Below are positions 9,237-18,443 of a stretch of DNA of 64,000 nt, one piece after another. Source of the DNA: an uncultured Clostridia bacterium (GTDB lineage: Bacteria; Bacillota; Clostridia; Lachnospirales; Lachnospiraceae); NCBI GenBank assembly GCA_947303805.1, contig CAMYZE010000006.1:11216-75215 (forward strand), written 5' to 3'. The notes under the pieces are model-generated. The model did no database searches and was not told the DNA's origin. It was given only the letters and a program-made list of their open reading frames with translations. Each line of letters opens with the position of its first letter. Position 1 is the first letter of the stretch. The translations under genes and the position numbers were made by a program.

Positions 9237-10625
9237 ATGGATCAAAAAGTTAAAAATGCTAGAATACTTTTTAAAGTATTAGCATTATTTACACTCATGT
9301 TTTTTGCTATGTCCGTAGCATATGGTGTCATGAACAACCAAGTAGCTGATATAATACCTGGTTGGATTAGAATTTTAAAGACACCAGCTCAATGTACACA
9401 AGACATGTATGGAGTAAGTGTAGTTGGAACTTATTTCAATATGGCTATGTGTTGCTTACTTATGCTTCTTTACATCGTAGTATGCGGTGGTATGGATGCA
9501 GTAAATAGTGGAACTGTTGCAGCATTCTTCTTGACAGTAGGTTTCTCTTCTTGGGGTATGAATGTCATGAATATGCTTCCACTTATGATTGGCATGCAAG
9601 TTTATGCAGCACTTAAGAAGAAGACTCCAGCTTCTATGATGAATCTTGGTATTTTCGCAACTGCAATTGCACCTATCATGTCAGAAGTAGTTCTTAGATG
9701 GCCTGGATATACAGCACCAGGAGTAGAGGGTTCTACAGGTGTTGCTGCTATGAGCAATTTACCAATTCACCCAGCTGGATTTGTAGTTGCATTTATCATT
9801 GCTATCTTATTCTGTTGTTTCTACCCAGCACTTTGTGCTAAGGCTCCAAATTTCCACTTTGGATGTGATTTATTTAACGCAGGACCTCCAGCAGGTTTCC
9901 TTTGCTTAATGACAATTGGATTCTTATTTAAGGTTACTAATGTTCCACTTCCATCAAATGGACCTGGACAATCTCAAGTAGAAATATTTGGATTTGTATT
10001 AGTTTCTTATTTAATAGTATTTGCAATTTGCTTCATCTTAGGTGTAATGCTTGACAAAGATGCACTTAAGAACTACGGGAAATTAATTAAAGATTCTGGA
10101 CACGGCGCAGATTTCGTAGAGAAGTATGGAATAGGTGCTACTCTTGTAAACTTTGCAGTTTATGGAGTATTCATTCTTGCATTCTATACTGTTATGAAGT
10201 TCTGCTTTGGAGCTAAGTTTAGCGGTCCTATCGCAGGTGTAGTATGGTGTGCCTATACTTGGGTTGCAGCTGGTGCTCATCCATGTAATGTATTACCAAT
10301 AGGTATCGGTTATGTTCTTATATCTTTAGTATCTACAAAACTTTGCCCAGCTTTAGGCATTGGTGCAGAGACAGGAAGACTTGGTATGTCAACAGTTGGT
10401 ATACTTATTGCATTCTCATATTCAACAGGTATGGCTCCTATTTCAGGAAAGTATGGAGTTATCTGGGGAATCATTGCTGGTATAATGCACTTTGCTATAG
10501 TTACTCTTATACCACTTCAATATGACTTCTTTAACTTCTATAATGGAGGATTTACTGCAGGTGTAGTAGCATTTGTATTAGTTCCATTTATAGAGCACTG
10601 GTGGCCAGAAAAGGCTCAAGCATAA
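9237..10625 (+). CDS. Polytopic membrane protein of unknown function (possibly DUF1576 family)
   Basis: 462 aa with about 12 hydrophobic segments and a strong RBS (GGGAGG). The family assignment is from memory only. Confidence 0.4.
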   Translation: MDQKVKNARILFKVLALFTLMFFAMSVAYGVMNNQVADIIPGWIRILKTPAQCTQDMYGVSVVGTYFNMAMCCLLMLLYIVVCGGMDAVNSGTVAAFFLTVGFSSWGMNVMNMLPLMIGMQVYAALKKKTPASMMNLGIFATAIAPIMSEVVLRWPGYTAPGVEGSTGVAAMSNLPIHPAGFVVAFIIAILFCCFYPALCAKAPNFHFGCDLFNAGPPAGFLCLMTIGFLFKVTNVPLPSNGPGQSQVEIFGFVLVSYLIVFAICFILGVMLDKDALKNYGKLIKDSGHGADFVEKYGIGATLVNFAVYGVFILAFYTVMKFCFGAKFSGPIAGVVWCAYTWVAAGAHPCNVLPIGIGYVLISLVSTKLCPALGIGAETGRLGMSTVGILIAFSYSTGMAPISGKYGVIWGIIAGIMHFAIVTLIPLQYDFFNFYNGGFTAGVVAFVLVPFIEHWWPEKAQA

Positions 10626-10664
10626 AATTAACATAGTGTAATATATATGTACAATAAATATGTC

Positions 10665-10760
10665 TTTCCGATATTGTTGATCTAAAAGCATAGCTCATGA
10701 TGACAATACGATAGGGGTGCATTGGAAACGAGGTACCCTCCCGCCTCCGAAAAGGAATGA
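10665..10760 (+). promoter_or_regulatory. Moco (molybdenum/tungsten cofactor) riboswitch candidate
   Basis: It lies in the 191-nt gap upstream of the FDH gene. It contains GGAAAC...CCCUCCCGCCUCCGAAAAGGA, which resembles the conserved CGCCUCC...GAAAGG 3' core of the Moco RNA motif, and a TATTGT/ACAATA stem upstream. Confidence 0.55.
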
Positions 10761-10816
10761 CATTAAATTAAAAAAAACAGGCACTTTCAAAAAGAAAGTC
10801 CCAAAGGAGGAAAAGA

Positions 10817-13729
10817 ATGAAATTAAAATTCAACGGCAGAGAATACGAAGTTGAAAAAGGCGTTAGAGTTTTTAAAGCTGCCAAAGATCTAGGAATTGAT
10901 ATTCCTAATTTTACCATTGATGAGAATTGTCATTTCAATGCTGCTTTTGATGAACCAGAAGATTATGAGTATTCATTAAAAGACATGAGCGTAGTTGAAA
11001 TTAATGGTAAGCTTGTTCGTTCTTATGAGGTAGAAGTAGAAGATGGAATGGACATCTGGACTGATAGTCCAAAATGTAAGGAAAGAAGAAAAGAAATTTT
11101 AGGAAAAGTAGTATCTTTCCATCCACTTGATTGTGTAAACTGTGTAAAGCTTGGAGAATGTAAGTTACAGAAATATTGTGAGATGTATGGTGTCAAAGAG
11201 GGAACTGATAAAGTTTCTTACATCAAGAGACCAAAAGACATGTCCAATAGATTTTATTTCCAAGAGTTTGACAAGTGTATCAGATGTGGTAGATGTGTAA
11301 AGGTATGTAAGGACAAAGTTGGGGTAGAAGCACTTGAGATGGTACAAGATGGTAAGATGAGATATGTTGTACCAAATTTAGATGCTAAACTTTGGAAAGA
11401 GAGAATTGGAAAAGATAGTCCATCTGGCAAAGAAAAAGTAATGGCCATAATAGATGGAAAGGTATCAATGGCAGACAGCACTCGTTGCGTATCTTGCGGT
11501 AACTGTGTATCTGTATGTCCAGTTGGTGCTATTATGCCAAAGGCACAAAATAACTTCAGAGAGTGGGAGACAAAGAAAGTTGTTACCACTTGTACATACT
11601 GTGGTGTTGGATGTCAAATCGAATACCTAGTAAGGGATGGAAAGATTGTTGACGCTAAGCCAGCAAATGGACCATCAAACGAAGCACTCCTTTGTGTTAA
11701 AGGAAAATTCGGTTATGACTTCATAAATCATAAGGATAGATTAAAACACCCTATGATTAGAAAGAATGGAAAACTTGTAGAATCTACTTGGGAAGAAGCT
11801 CTCGATCTTGCTGCAAGTAAGATTAAGGAAGCAAGAGATAACTTCGGACCAGATTCAGTTGCAGGTTTCTCATCAGCTAGAACAATAAATGAGGATAATT
11901 ATTTATTCCAAAAGATGCTTAGAGCAGCAGTTGGCACAAATAATGTTGACCACTGCGCCCGTCTCTGACATAGCTCAACAGTTGCAGGTTTAGCAACTAC
12001 ACTTGGTAGCGGTGCCATGACAAATACCGTAACAGGAATTAAGAAGGCAGATGTAATATTTGTAACAGGTTCAAATACTACAGAAGCTCACCCAGTAATG
12101 GGTATGTATGTGAGACAAGCTAAAAAAGCTGGAAAGAAACTCATAGTAGCTGACCCAGTAAGAATACCTCTTGCTGAGATAGCAGATATATATCTTCAAA
12201 TTACTCCAGGTACATCAGTAGCATTATCAAATGGTATGCTCAATGTTATCTTTGAAGAAGGACTTGAAGATAAAGAATACATTAAAGAACATACTGAGGG
12301 TATAGAAGAATTAAAAGCAATGGTTAAGAAATATACTCCAGAGTATGCAGGAAAAATATGTGGAGTAAATCCAGATGACATAAGAGCAGCTGCAAGAATG
12401 TATGCAAGCTCACACAAGTCATACATAGCATATGCTATGGGTATCACTCAACATATCAATGGTACTGATAACGTTATGAGTTTAAGTAACCTTGCTCTTT
12501 GCACAGGTAACTTTGGTCGTGAAGGTTGTGGTGTAAACCCTCTTCGTGGACAAAATAACGTTCAAGGCGCTTGTGATATGGGTGCTCTTCCTACAGATTA
12601 CCCAGCATATCAAAAAGTATTTAACCCAGAAGTTCAAGCTAAGTTTGAAGCAGCTTGGGGAGTAAAACTTAATCCAAATAAGGGACTTACAGTTACTAAG
12701 ACTATACCAGCTATACTTGAAGATAAGGTTAAAGTACTTTATGTAATGGGTGAGAATCCAGCTGTTTCAGATCCAGATTCTCATCACGTTGCACATGCTC
12801 TTGAGAAAGCATTCTTGATACAACAAGATATTTTCTTAAATGAAACTTCAGAATATGCAGATATAGTATTCCCAGTTAAAGCATTCGCTGAGAAAGATGG
12901 AACTTTCAGTAATACTGAGAGAAGAGTTCAAAGAGTAAGACAGTTGGCAGTTCCAAAAGGCGAGTCAAAAGATGACTGGTGGATCATAATGGAAATCATG
13001 AATAGACTTGGTTACAAGTGCCATTATGATAAAGCAGAAGATATATTCAATGAACTTAGAAAAGTTACACCATCTTATGCTGGTATGACTTATGCTAGAC
13101 TTGAAGGAAAAGGATTACACTGGCCATGTCCAACTGAGGATCATCCAGGAACTCCAATTCTTCATACAAATGGACCTATCAGAAATAAGGGTGTAGGACT
13201 TCTTAAAGCAATTGAGTGGATCGAATCTCCTGAGAGACAAGATAAGAAGTACCCATTCACACTCATTACAGCTCGTATCCTCTATCACTATCATACTAGA
13301 ACTATGACTGATAGAACTCGTGCCATCCACTTTACTGCTCCAAGAAACTGGGTAGAAGTAAATAAAGATGATGCTATGGAGTTAAAATTAAAAGATGGTG
13401 ATTGGTTGAAAGTTACATCTAAGAGAGGTTCAACTGAAGTTGAAGTAAGAGTTGTAGATACATTAGAACCAGGTGTTATGTGGATGCCATTCCACTATGC
13501 AGATGGTGCTAACAACTTATCTGATGCTGAGACACTTGATCCAGTATGTAGCATACCTGGATATAAGGTTATAGGTGTTAAGGTTGAGAAGGTAAGCGGA
13601 GGAGAATCTAAGAAGCTTACTGAAGAAGTTAACAACGAAGAAATTGCGTACTATGAAAATGAAGATCCATCAAGGATCCGTTATAAAGAAGCAGCTGCTG
13701 AGAAATTATTAGCAGGGAAAGGAGAATAA
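10817..13729 (+). CDS. fdhA: Selenocysteine-containing formate dehydrogenase alpha subunit with N-terminal Fe-S domains (970 aa, TGA at 11966..11968 read as Sec)
   Basis: Track ORFs 10817..11968 and 12017..13729 are in the same frame with no other stop between them. The junction reads [16 protein letters not shown], the FDH active-site Sec/Cys context. A molybdopterin-domain CTYCGVGC cluster motif and two CxxCxxCxxxCP motifs lie upstream. Confidence 0.9.
11977..12001 (+). promoter_or_regulatory. Bacterial SECIS hairpin
   Basis: The stem AGTTGC (11980-85) / GCAACT (11993-98) has an AGGTTTA loop containing GGUU. It begins 11 nt after the UGA. Confidence 0.7.
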
Positions 13730-13731
13730 CT

Positions 13732-15498
13732 ATGAGAGAAATTTATGGTGGTCAATTAGACGAGAATGTTAGAGTTGTCATTGATGGTCAAGTTGTTCTT
13801 TGCCCTGAGAACTCTACAATTTTAGAAGCAGCAAAGATGGCAAATATTGAAATTCCAACTCTTTGCTATTTAAAAGGTTTAACTCCAACTGGTGAGTGTG
13901 GTATGTGTGTAGTTGAAATCACATATCCAGATGGAAAGAAGAAGATAGGAAGATCTTGTCGTCTTAAAGCAAAAGACGGCATAGAGGTTGTAACTCATTC
14001 TGAAGAATTAACTAAGCTTCGTGAGAAAGCAATCAAAACTATACTTGATAAACACCCAAATGATTGTCTTACTTGCCAAAAGACAAATGGAAATTGTCAT
14101 TTGCAAGAGGTTACACACTTATTTGGTATCAATCCTGAAGAAAGAAAGGTGCCAAAGCGTACTCTTGATGAAACTAGTGTTGCATTTACTCGTGATATGA
14201 GTAAGTGTATCGCTTGTGGACGTTGTGTAACTGTATGTAATGATGTTCAAAAGATTAAGATCTATGAGATGTATACTGATCCAAAGACTGGAGACAGATA
14301 TCAAAGAGTAAAAGGCGGCAAGATGCTCAGTGATACGAATTGTATCAACTGCGGACAATGTGTAAAGGTATGTCCAGTTGCAGCTCTTACTGAGAAGGAT
14401 AGCATTAAGGAAGCAATTGATGCAATTGATGATCCAAATGTAACAATTGTATGGGAAATGGCACCAGCTATACAAAATACTTTAGGTGAAGAATTTGGAC
14501 TCCCTACAGGTTCTGATGTAACTAGAAAAATAGCTGCAGCCATGAAAGCTCTTGGAGGTTATGCTTATACAACTGATTTCTCAGCAGACTTAACCATCAT
14601 GGAAGAAGGAACAGAGTTTATAGATAGAGTTTCAAACGGCGGAGTCCTTCCTATGATGACATCATGCTGTCCTGGCTGGATAAGATACATGGAGTATAAC
14701 TATCCAGATCAACTTTCACATTTATCAACTTGTAAGTCACCACAACAGATGTTTGGAGCACTTGTTAAAAACTATCTTCCAAAGAAGATAGGCGTTGATG
14801 CTAAAAAGATTTGTCACATTTCTATCATGCCATGTACTGCTAAGAAATTTGAAAGAAGCAGAGAGGAGATGGGTGGTGATTATGGTAAGGATGTAGATAT
14901 AGTTCTTACTACAAGAGAGGCAGCAAAACTCTTTAAGTTTAAAGGAATTGATCTTGCTACTATTAAAGAAGAAGACTTTGACTCACTTATGGGTTGTGGA
15001 ACTGGTGCAGCAAGAATCTTCTCTACAACTGGAGGAGTTATGGAAGCAGCTCTTAGAACAGTTGTATGGAAACTTACAAATGGTAAGATAGATACAATTG
15101 ATTATGTAGCAGCTCGTGGATACAAGGGTGTTAAAGAAGCATCATTAAAGATTGGCGACTTAGAGGTTAAAGTAGCTGTAGTAAATGGTATAGGAAATGT
15201 TAAACCAGTTATGGATGATGTTCGTGCTGGAAAATCACCTTACCACTTCATAGAAGTTATGGCTTGCCCAGGCGGTTGCTTAAATGGAGGTGGTGCACCA
15301 CTTACATCTGAGCCATCACTTGTTGGTGTTAGAATGGATAAGACATATGAGTCTGATAAGAATAATAAGATTCGTAGATCTCATGAAAATCCAGAGATTC
15401 AAGCAATATATGCAGACTATTTGAAAGAGCCATGTGGACACATTTCACACCATATCTTACACACAACTTATACAGATAGAAGTAAAACAGTTAAATAG
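13732..15498 (+). CDS. hydA: [FeFe] hydrogenase, CpI-like multidomain (copy 1)
   Basis: The N-terminus carries [2Fe-2S] cysteines, followed by HPNDCLTCQ and two 4Fe-4S motifs. H-cluster motifs TSCCPGW, MPCTAKKFE and EVMACPGGCLNGGG are present, along with a small-subunit-like C-terminal tail. Confidence 0.9.
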   Translation: MREIYGGQLDENVRVVIDGQVVLCPENSTILEAAKMANIEIPTLCYLKGLTPTGECGMCVVEITYPDGKKKIGRSCRLKAKDGIEVVTHSEELTKLREKAIKTILDKHPNDCLTCQKTNGNCHLQEVTHLFGINPEERKVPKRTLDETSVAFTRDMSKCIACGRCVTVCNDVQKIKIYEMYTDPKTGDRYQRVKGGKMLSDTNCINCGQCVKVCPVAALTEKDSIKEAIDAIDDPNVTIVWEMAPAIQNTLGEEFGLPTGSDVTRKIAAAMKALGGYAYTTDFSADLTIMEEGTEFIDRVSNGGVLPMMTSCCPGWIRYMEYNYPDQLSHLSTCKSPQQMFGALVKNYLPKKIGVDAKKICHISIMPCTAKKFERSREEMGGDYGKDVDIVLTTREAAKLFKFKGIDLATIKEEDFDSLMGCGTGAARIFSTTGGVMEAALRTVVWKLTNGKIDTIDYVAARGYKGVKEASLKIGDLEVKVAVVNGIGNVKPVMDDVRAGKSPYHFIEVMACPGGCLNGGGAPLTSEPSLVGVRMDKTYESDKNNKIRRSHENPEIQAIYADYLKEPCGHISHHILHTTYTDRSKTVK

Positions 15499-15507
15499 TA
15501 AAAATAT

Positions 15508-15540
15508 TCTCGGCTTTTCAATTTTGAAGAGCCGAGGTTT
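15508..15540 (+). other. Intercistronic stem-loop between hydA copy 1 and its ferredoxin (weak terminator or stabiliser)
   Basis: CTCGGCT.../...AGCCGAG forms an 11-12 bp stem followed only by GTTTG. It is absent from the second copy of the duplication. Confidence 0.45.
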
Positions 15541-15584
15541 GAAAAAAACTTATAGTTTGAAACTAAAACTGAAAGGAGAATATC

Positions 15585-15752
15585 ATGTATAAGATAACTG
15601 ACAGATGTGTAAAATGCGGCGCTTGTGATAGCGAATGCCCAAATGGAGCTATCGTAGAAAAGGAAAAACAATTTGACATAGATTACTATAAATGTGTTGA
15701 GTGTGGAAATTGCTACGATGTTTGCCCAAATAGTGCAATAGATGAGGCATAA
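15585..15752 (+). CDS. Clostridial-type 2x[4Fe-4S] ferredoxin (55 aa, copy 1)
   Basis: My own translation is MYKITDRCVKCGACDSECPNGAIVEKEKQFDIDYYKCVECGNCYDVCPNSAIDEA. A GGAG RBS precedes it. It is below the ORF-track size cutoff. Confidence 0.85.
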   Translation: MYKITDRCVKCGACDSECPNGAIVEKEKQFDIDYYKCVECGNCYDVCPNSAIDEA

Positions 15753-15812
15753 TAATTTCGAAACCAAACTTAGTAATAATTTTGTAAAAATAATAAAAAA
15801 AGGAGAACAAAT

Positions 15813-17591
15813 ATGTACGAAGTTTATGGCGGACAACTAGATGAGAACATTAGAGTGATCATCGACGGACAAACTGTTTTTTGCCCACAAGGCAGCAGTA
15901 TCTTAGAGGCAGCAAAACTCGCAGGTATTGAAATCCCAACTCTTTGTTACTTAAAGGGATTAACTCCTACTGGAATGTGTGGAGTATGTGCAGTTGAAAT
16001 TGAAAATGAAGACGGCACAAGAAAAATTCGTAGAGCTTGTAGATATCGTGCTAAAGATGGCATGGTTATCTATACTAACTCTAAGAACATTGACAAGTAT
16101 CGTCAAGAGAGAATGGAGAAGCTCCTTGCTATCCACCCTCAAGATTGCTTAACTTGTCACAAATCAAATGGAAATTGTAAGTTCCAAAAAGTTGCAAATA
16201 ACTTTGCAGATCGTTACAATTTAACTGTTGAGTCAGTAAAAGTTCCAAAGAGAGGAACTGACGATTCAAGCCCAGCTTTCGTAAGAGAGATGGAGAAGTG
16301 TATTGCTTGTGGACGTTGTATCAATGTATGTAATGATGTACAAAAGATAAGAGTTTATGAGATGTACACAGATAAGTCAGGAGATAAGTACTGCAGAATT
16401 AAAGGCGGACACAAATTATCTGAGACTAGCTGTATTAATTGTGGACAATGTGTAAAAGTATGTCCAGTTGGAGCACTTACAGAGAAGAATGGTATCGTTG
16501 ATGCATTAAATGCTATAGATGATCCAAACTTAACAGTAGTATGGTCTATGGCACCAGCTATTCAAAATACTTTAGGTGAAGAGTTCGGTCTTCCTACAGG
16601 TACTGATGTAACTAGAAAGATAGCAGCTGCAATGAAGAGAGTTGGAGCTTATGCTTACACAACTGATTTCTCAGCAGACTTAACTATCATGGAAGAAGGG
16701 ACAGAGTTTATTGGTAGAGTAACAAATGGTGGAACATTACCAATGCTCACTTCATGCTGCCCAGGTTGGATAAGATACATGGAGTATAACTATCCAGATC
16801 AACTTGAGCACTTATCATCTTGCAAATCACCACAACAAATGTTTGGTGCACTTGTAAAGAATTATCTTCCAAAGAAGATAAATGTAGATGCTAAGAAGAT
16901 TTATCATATTTCTATCATGCCATGTACTGCAAAGAAATTTGAGTGTCAAAGACCAGAGATGGGCGGAGACTACGGAAAAGATGTTGATGTAGTTCTTACT
17001 ACAAGAGAAGTTGCTAAACTCTTTAAGATGAGAGGAATTGACCTTGCTACAATCGAGGAGCAAGACTTTGATTCACTTATGGGTTGTGGAACTGGTGCAG
17101 GAAGAATCTTCTCTACAACTGGTGGAGTTATGGAAGCAGCTCTTAGAACAGTTGTATGGAAACTTACAAATGGTAAGATTGATACTATTGATTATGAAGC
17201 AGCTCGTGGATATAAGGGTGTTAAAGAGGCAACTCTTAACATCAACGGTATGGACGTAAAAGTTGCTGTAGTAAATGGTATCGGAAATGTTAAACCAGTT
17301 ATGGATGATGTTCGTGCTGGAAAATCACCTTATCACTTCATAGAAGTTATGGCATGCCCAGGCGGATGCTTAAATGGTGGTGGTGCGCCACTTACATCTG
17401 AACCATCTATGATCGGTGTTCGTATGGACAAGACTTATGAGTCTGATAGAAATAATAAGATTAGAAGATCTCATGAGAACCCAGAGATAACTGCTATTTA
17501 TAAAGATTATCTTGAGGAGCCATGTGGACATATTTCACACCATATCTTACACACAACTTATACAGATAGAAGCAAGACTGTAAAACATTAA
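15813..17591 (+). CDS. hydA: [FeFe] hydrogenase, CpI-like multidomain (copy 2, paralog of 13732..15498)
   Basis: It has the same domain order and H-cluster motifs as copy 1, with long near-identical nucleotide stretches in the 3' two-thirds. Confidence 0.9.
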   Translation: MYEVYGGQLDENIRVIIDGQTVFCPQGSSILEAAKLAGIEIPTLCYLKGLTPTGMCGVCAVEIENEDGTRKIRRACRYRAKDGMVIYTNSKNIDKYRQERMEKLLAIHPQDCLTCHKSNGNCKFQKVANNFADRYNLTVESVKVPKRGTDDSSPAFVREMEKCIACGRCINVCNDVQKIRVYEMYTDKSGDKYCRIKGGHKLSETSCINCGQCVKVCPVGALTEKNGIVDALNAIDDPNLTVVWSMAPAIQNTLGEEFGLPTGTDVTRKIAAAMKRVGAYAYTTDFSADLTIMEEGTEFIGRVTNGGTLPMLTSCCPGWIRYMEYNYPDQLEHLSSCKSPQQMFGALVKNYLPKKINVDAKKIYHISIMPCTAKKFECQRPEMGGDYGKDVDVVLTTREVAKLFKMRGIDLATIEEQDFDSLMGCGTGAGRIFSTTGGVMEAALRTVVWKLTNGKIDTIDYEAARGYKGVKEATLNINGMDVKVAVVNGIGNVKPVMDDVRAGKSPYHFIEVMACPGGCLNGGGAPLTSEPSMIGVRMDKTYESDRNNKIRRSHENPEITAIYKDYLEEPCGHISHHILHTTYTDRSKTVKH

Positions 17592-17613
17592 TATTTGCTG
17601 AAAGGAGAATATT

Positions 17614-17781
17614 ATGTATAAGATAACAGATAGATGTGTAAAGTGTGGTGCTTGCGATAGCGAGTGCCCAAATGGTGCAATCGTAGAGAAGGAAAAGCAA
17701 TTCGACATAGATTACTATAAATGTGTTGAGTGTGGAAATTGCTACGATGTATGCCCAAATAGTGCAATAGATGAGCAATAG
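17614..17781 (+). CDS. Clostridial-type 2x[4Fe-4S] ferredoxin (55 aa, copy 2)
   Basis: The translation is identical to copy 1 except the last residue (Q for A). Many synonymous differences occur in the 5' half. Confidence 0.85.
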   Translation: MYKITDRCVKCGACDSECPNGAIVEKEKQFDIDYYKCVECGNCYDVCPNSAIDEQ

Positions 17782-17801
17782 TGCAATGACAAAATAGTAA
17801 A

Positions 17802-17822
17802 GTGAGAGCGATCTACACGAGC
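17802..17822 (+). repeat. Degenerate copy of the REP-like repeat
   Basis: GTGAGAGCGATCTACACGAGC compared with GTAGGGGCGAGTTACACGAGC gives about 5 mismatches. Confidence 0.35.
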
Positions 17823-17829
17823 TTTTGCA

Positions 17830-17854
17830 GGGGCGGATACCATCCGCCCCTTTT
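17830..17854 (+). terminator. Rho-independent terminator of the fdh-hyd operon
   Basis: GGGGCGGAT-acc-ATCCGCCCC followed by TTTT. Confidence 0.85.
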
Positions 17855-17910
17855 ATTGAAAAAATGCAAATATAAATATATGAAAAATATCTGGAGAGAG
17901 GAATAATTTA

Positions 17911-18282
17911 ATGAATGTTGAAACAGTGATTTATTTTTTGGAAAATACTTTTTTAATGGATGTAGTAGCTATATGTACCTTTTTCTTAGAAATGGCAGGA
18001 ATTATAGTTCTTGTTACTACATCTACTAAGTGTTTCATAAAATGGGTACAAAAGAAAAACCATGTCCAACTTGATTTGGCACATGGAACAGCACTTGCTC
18101 TTACATTTAAGATGGGCGGAGAGGTGCTTAGAACTGTAGTTGTTAGAGAATGGCAGGAGCTTGGTATTCTTGGAGCGATAATTGTTTTAAGAGCAGCACT
18201 TACTATAATGTTACACTGGGAAATAAAAAGCGAAGAAAAAGTTTTAGACAATGAAAAGTTAAAAGAAATGAAAAAGTATTAA
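17911..18282 (+). CDS. Small membrane protein (DUF1622-like)
   Basis: 123 aa with 2-3 TM helices. The family call is from memory of the LALTFK.GGEVLRT-type pattern. Confidence 0.4.
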   Translation: MNVETVIYFLENTFLMDVVAICTFFLEMAGIIVLVTTSTKCFIKWVQKKNHVQLDLAHGTALALTFKMGGEVLRTVVVREWQELGILGAIIVLRAALTIMLHWEIKSEEKVLDNEKLKEMKKY

Positions 18283-18316
18283 TACTAATTTAATGTAAGG
18301 AAATGTATAGTGTATT

Positions 18317-18342
18317 GGACGGGTTATACGCCCGTTCTTTTT
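18317..18342 (+). terminator. Rho-independent terminator
   Basis: GGACGGG-ttatacg-CCCGTTC followed by TTTTT. Confidence 0.7.
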
Positions 18343-18369
18343 ATAAAAATTTATAGAACTAATGTTTTC

Positions 18370-18398
18370 TTGATTTAATACAATAAACATGTTAAAAT
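18370..18398 (+). promoter_or_regulatory. Sigma-70-type promoter candidate
   Basis: TTGATT, a 17-nt spacer, then TAAAAT, located 45 nt upstream of the start at 18444. Confidence 0.5.
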
Positions 18399-18443
18399 AG
18401 CGTATATCTCACGAATGAATAACGGATAACAAAAAGGAGTGTT

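Noticed and set aside
10817-11968. Stand-alone 383-aa Fe-S protein ending at TGA, plus a separate 570-aa molybdopterin protein starting at 12017.
   Set aside because: They share the same frame with no stop between them. The junction reproduces the FDH active-site Sec context and a SECIS hairpin follows. I therefore treat them as one selenoprotein gene.
15468-15836. 122-aa minus-strand ORF, and its twin at 17494..17778.
   Set aside because: Both are antisense shadows of the plus-strand 55-aa ferredoxin genes and hydA ends. The ferredoxin reading has perfect Cys motifs and RBSs, whereas the minus-strand products are low-complexity and hydrophobic.
17038-17259. 73-aa plus-strand ORF inside hydA copy 2, and the 60-aa ORF at 10343..10525.
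   Set aside because: They are out-of-frame ORFs nested in strongly supported genes, with no independent signal.
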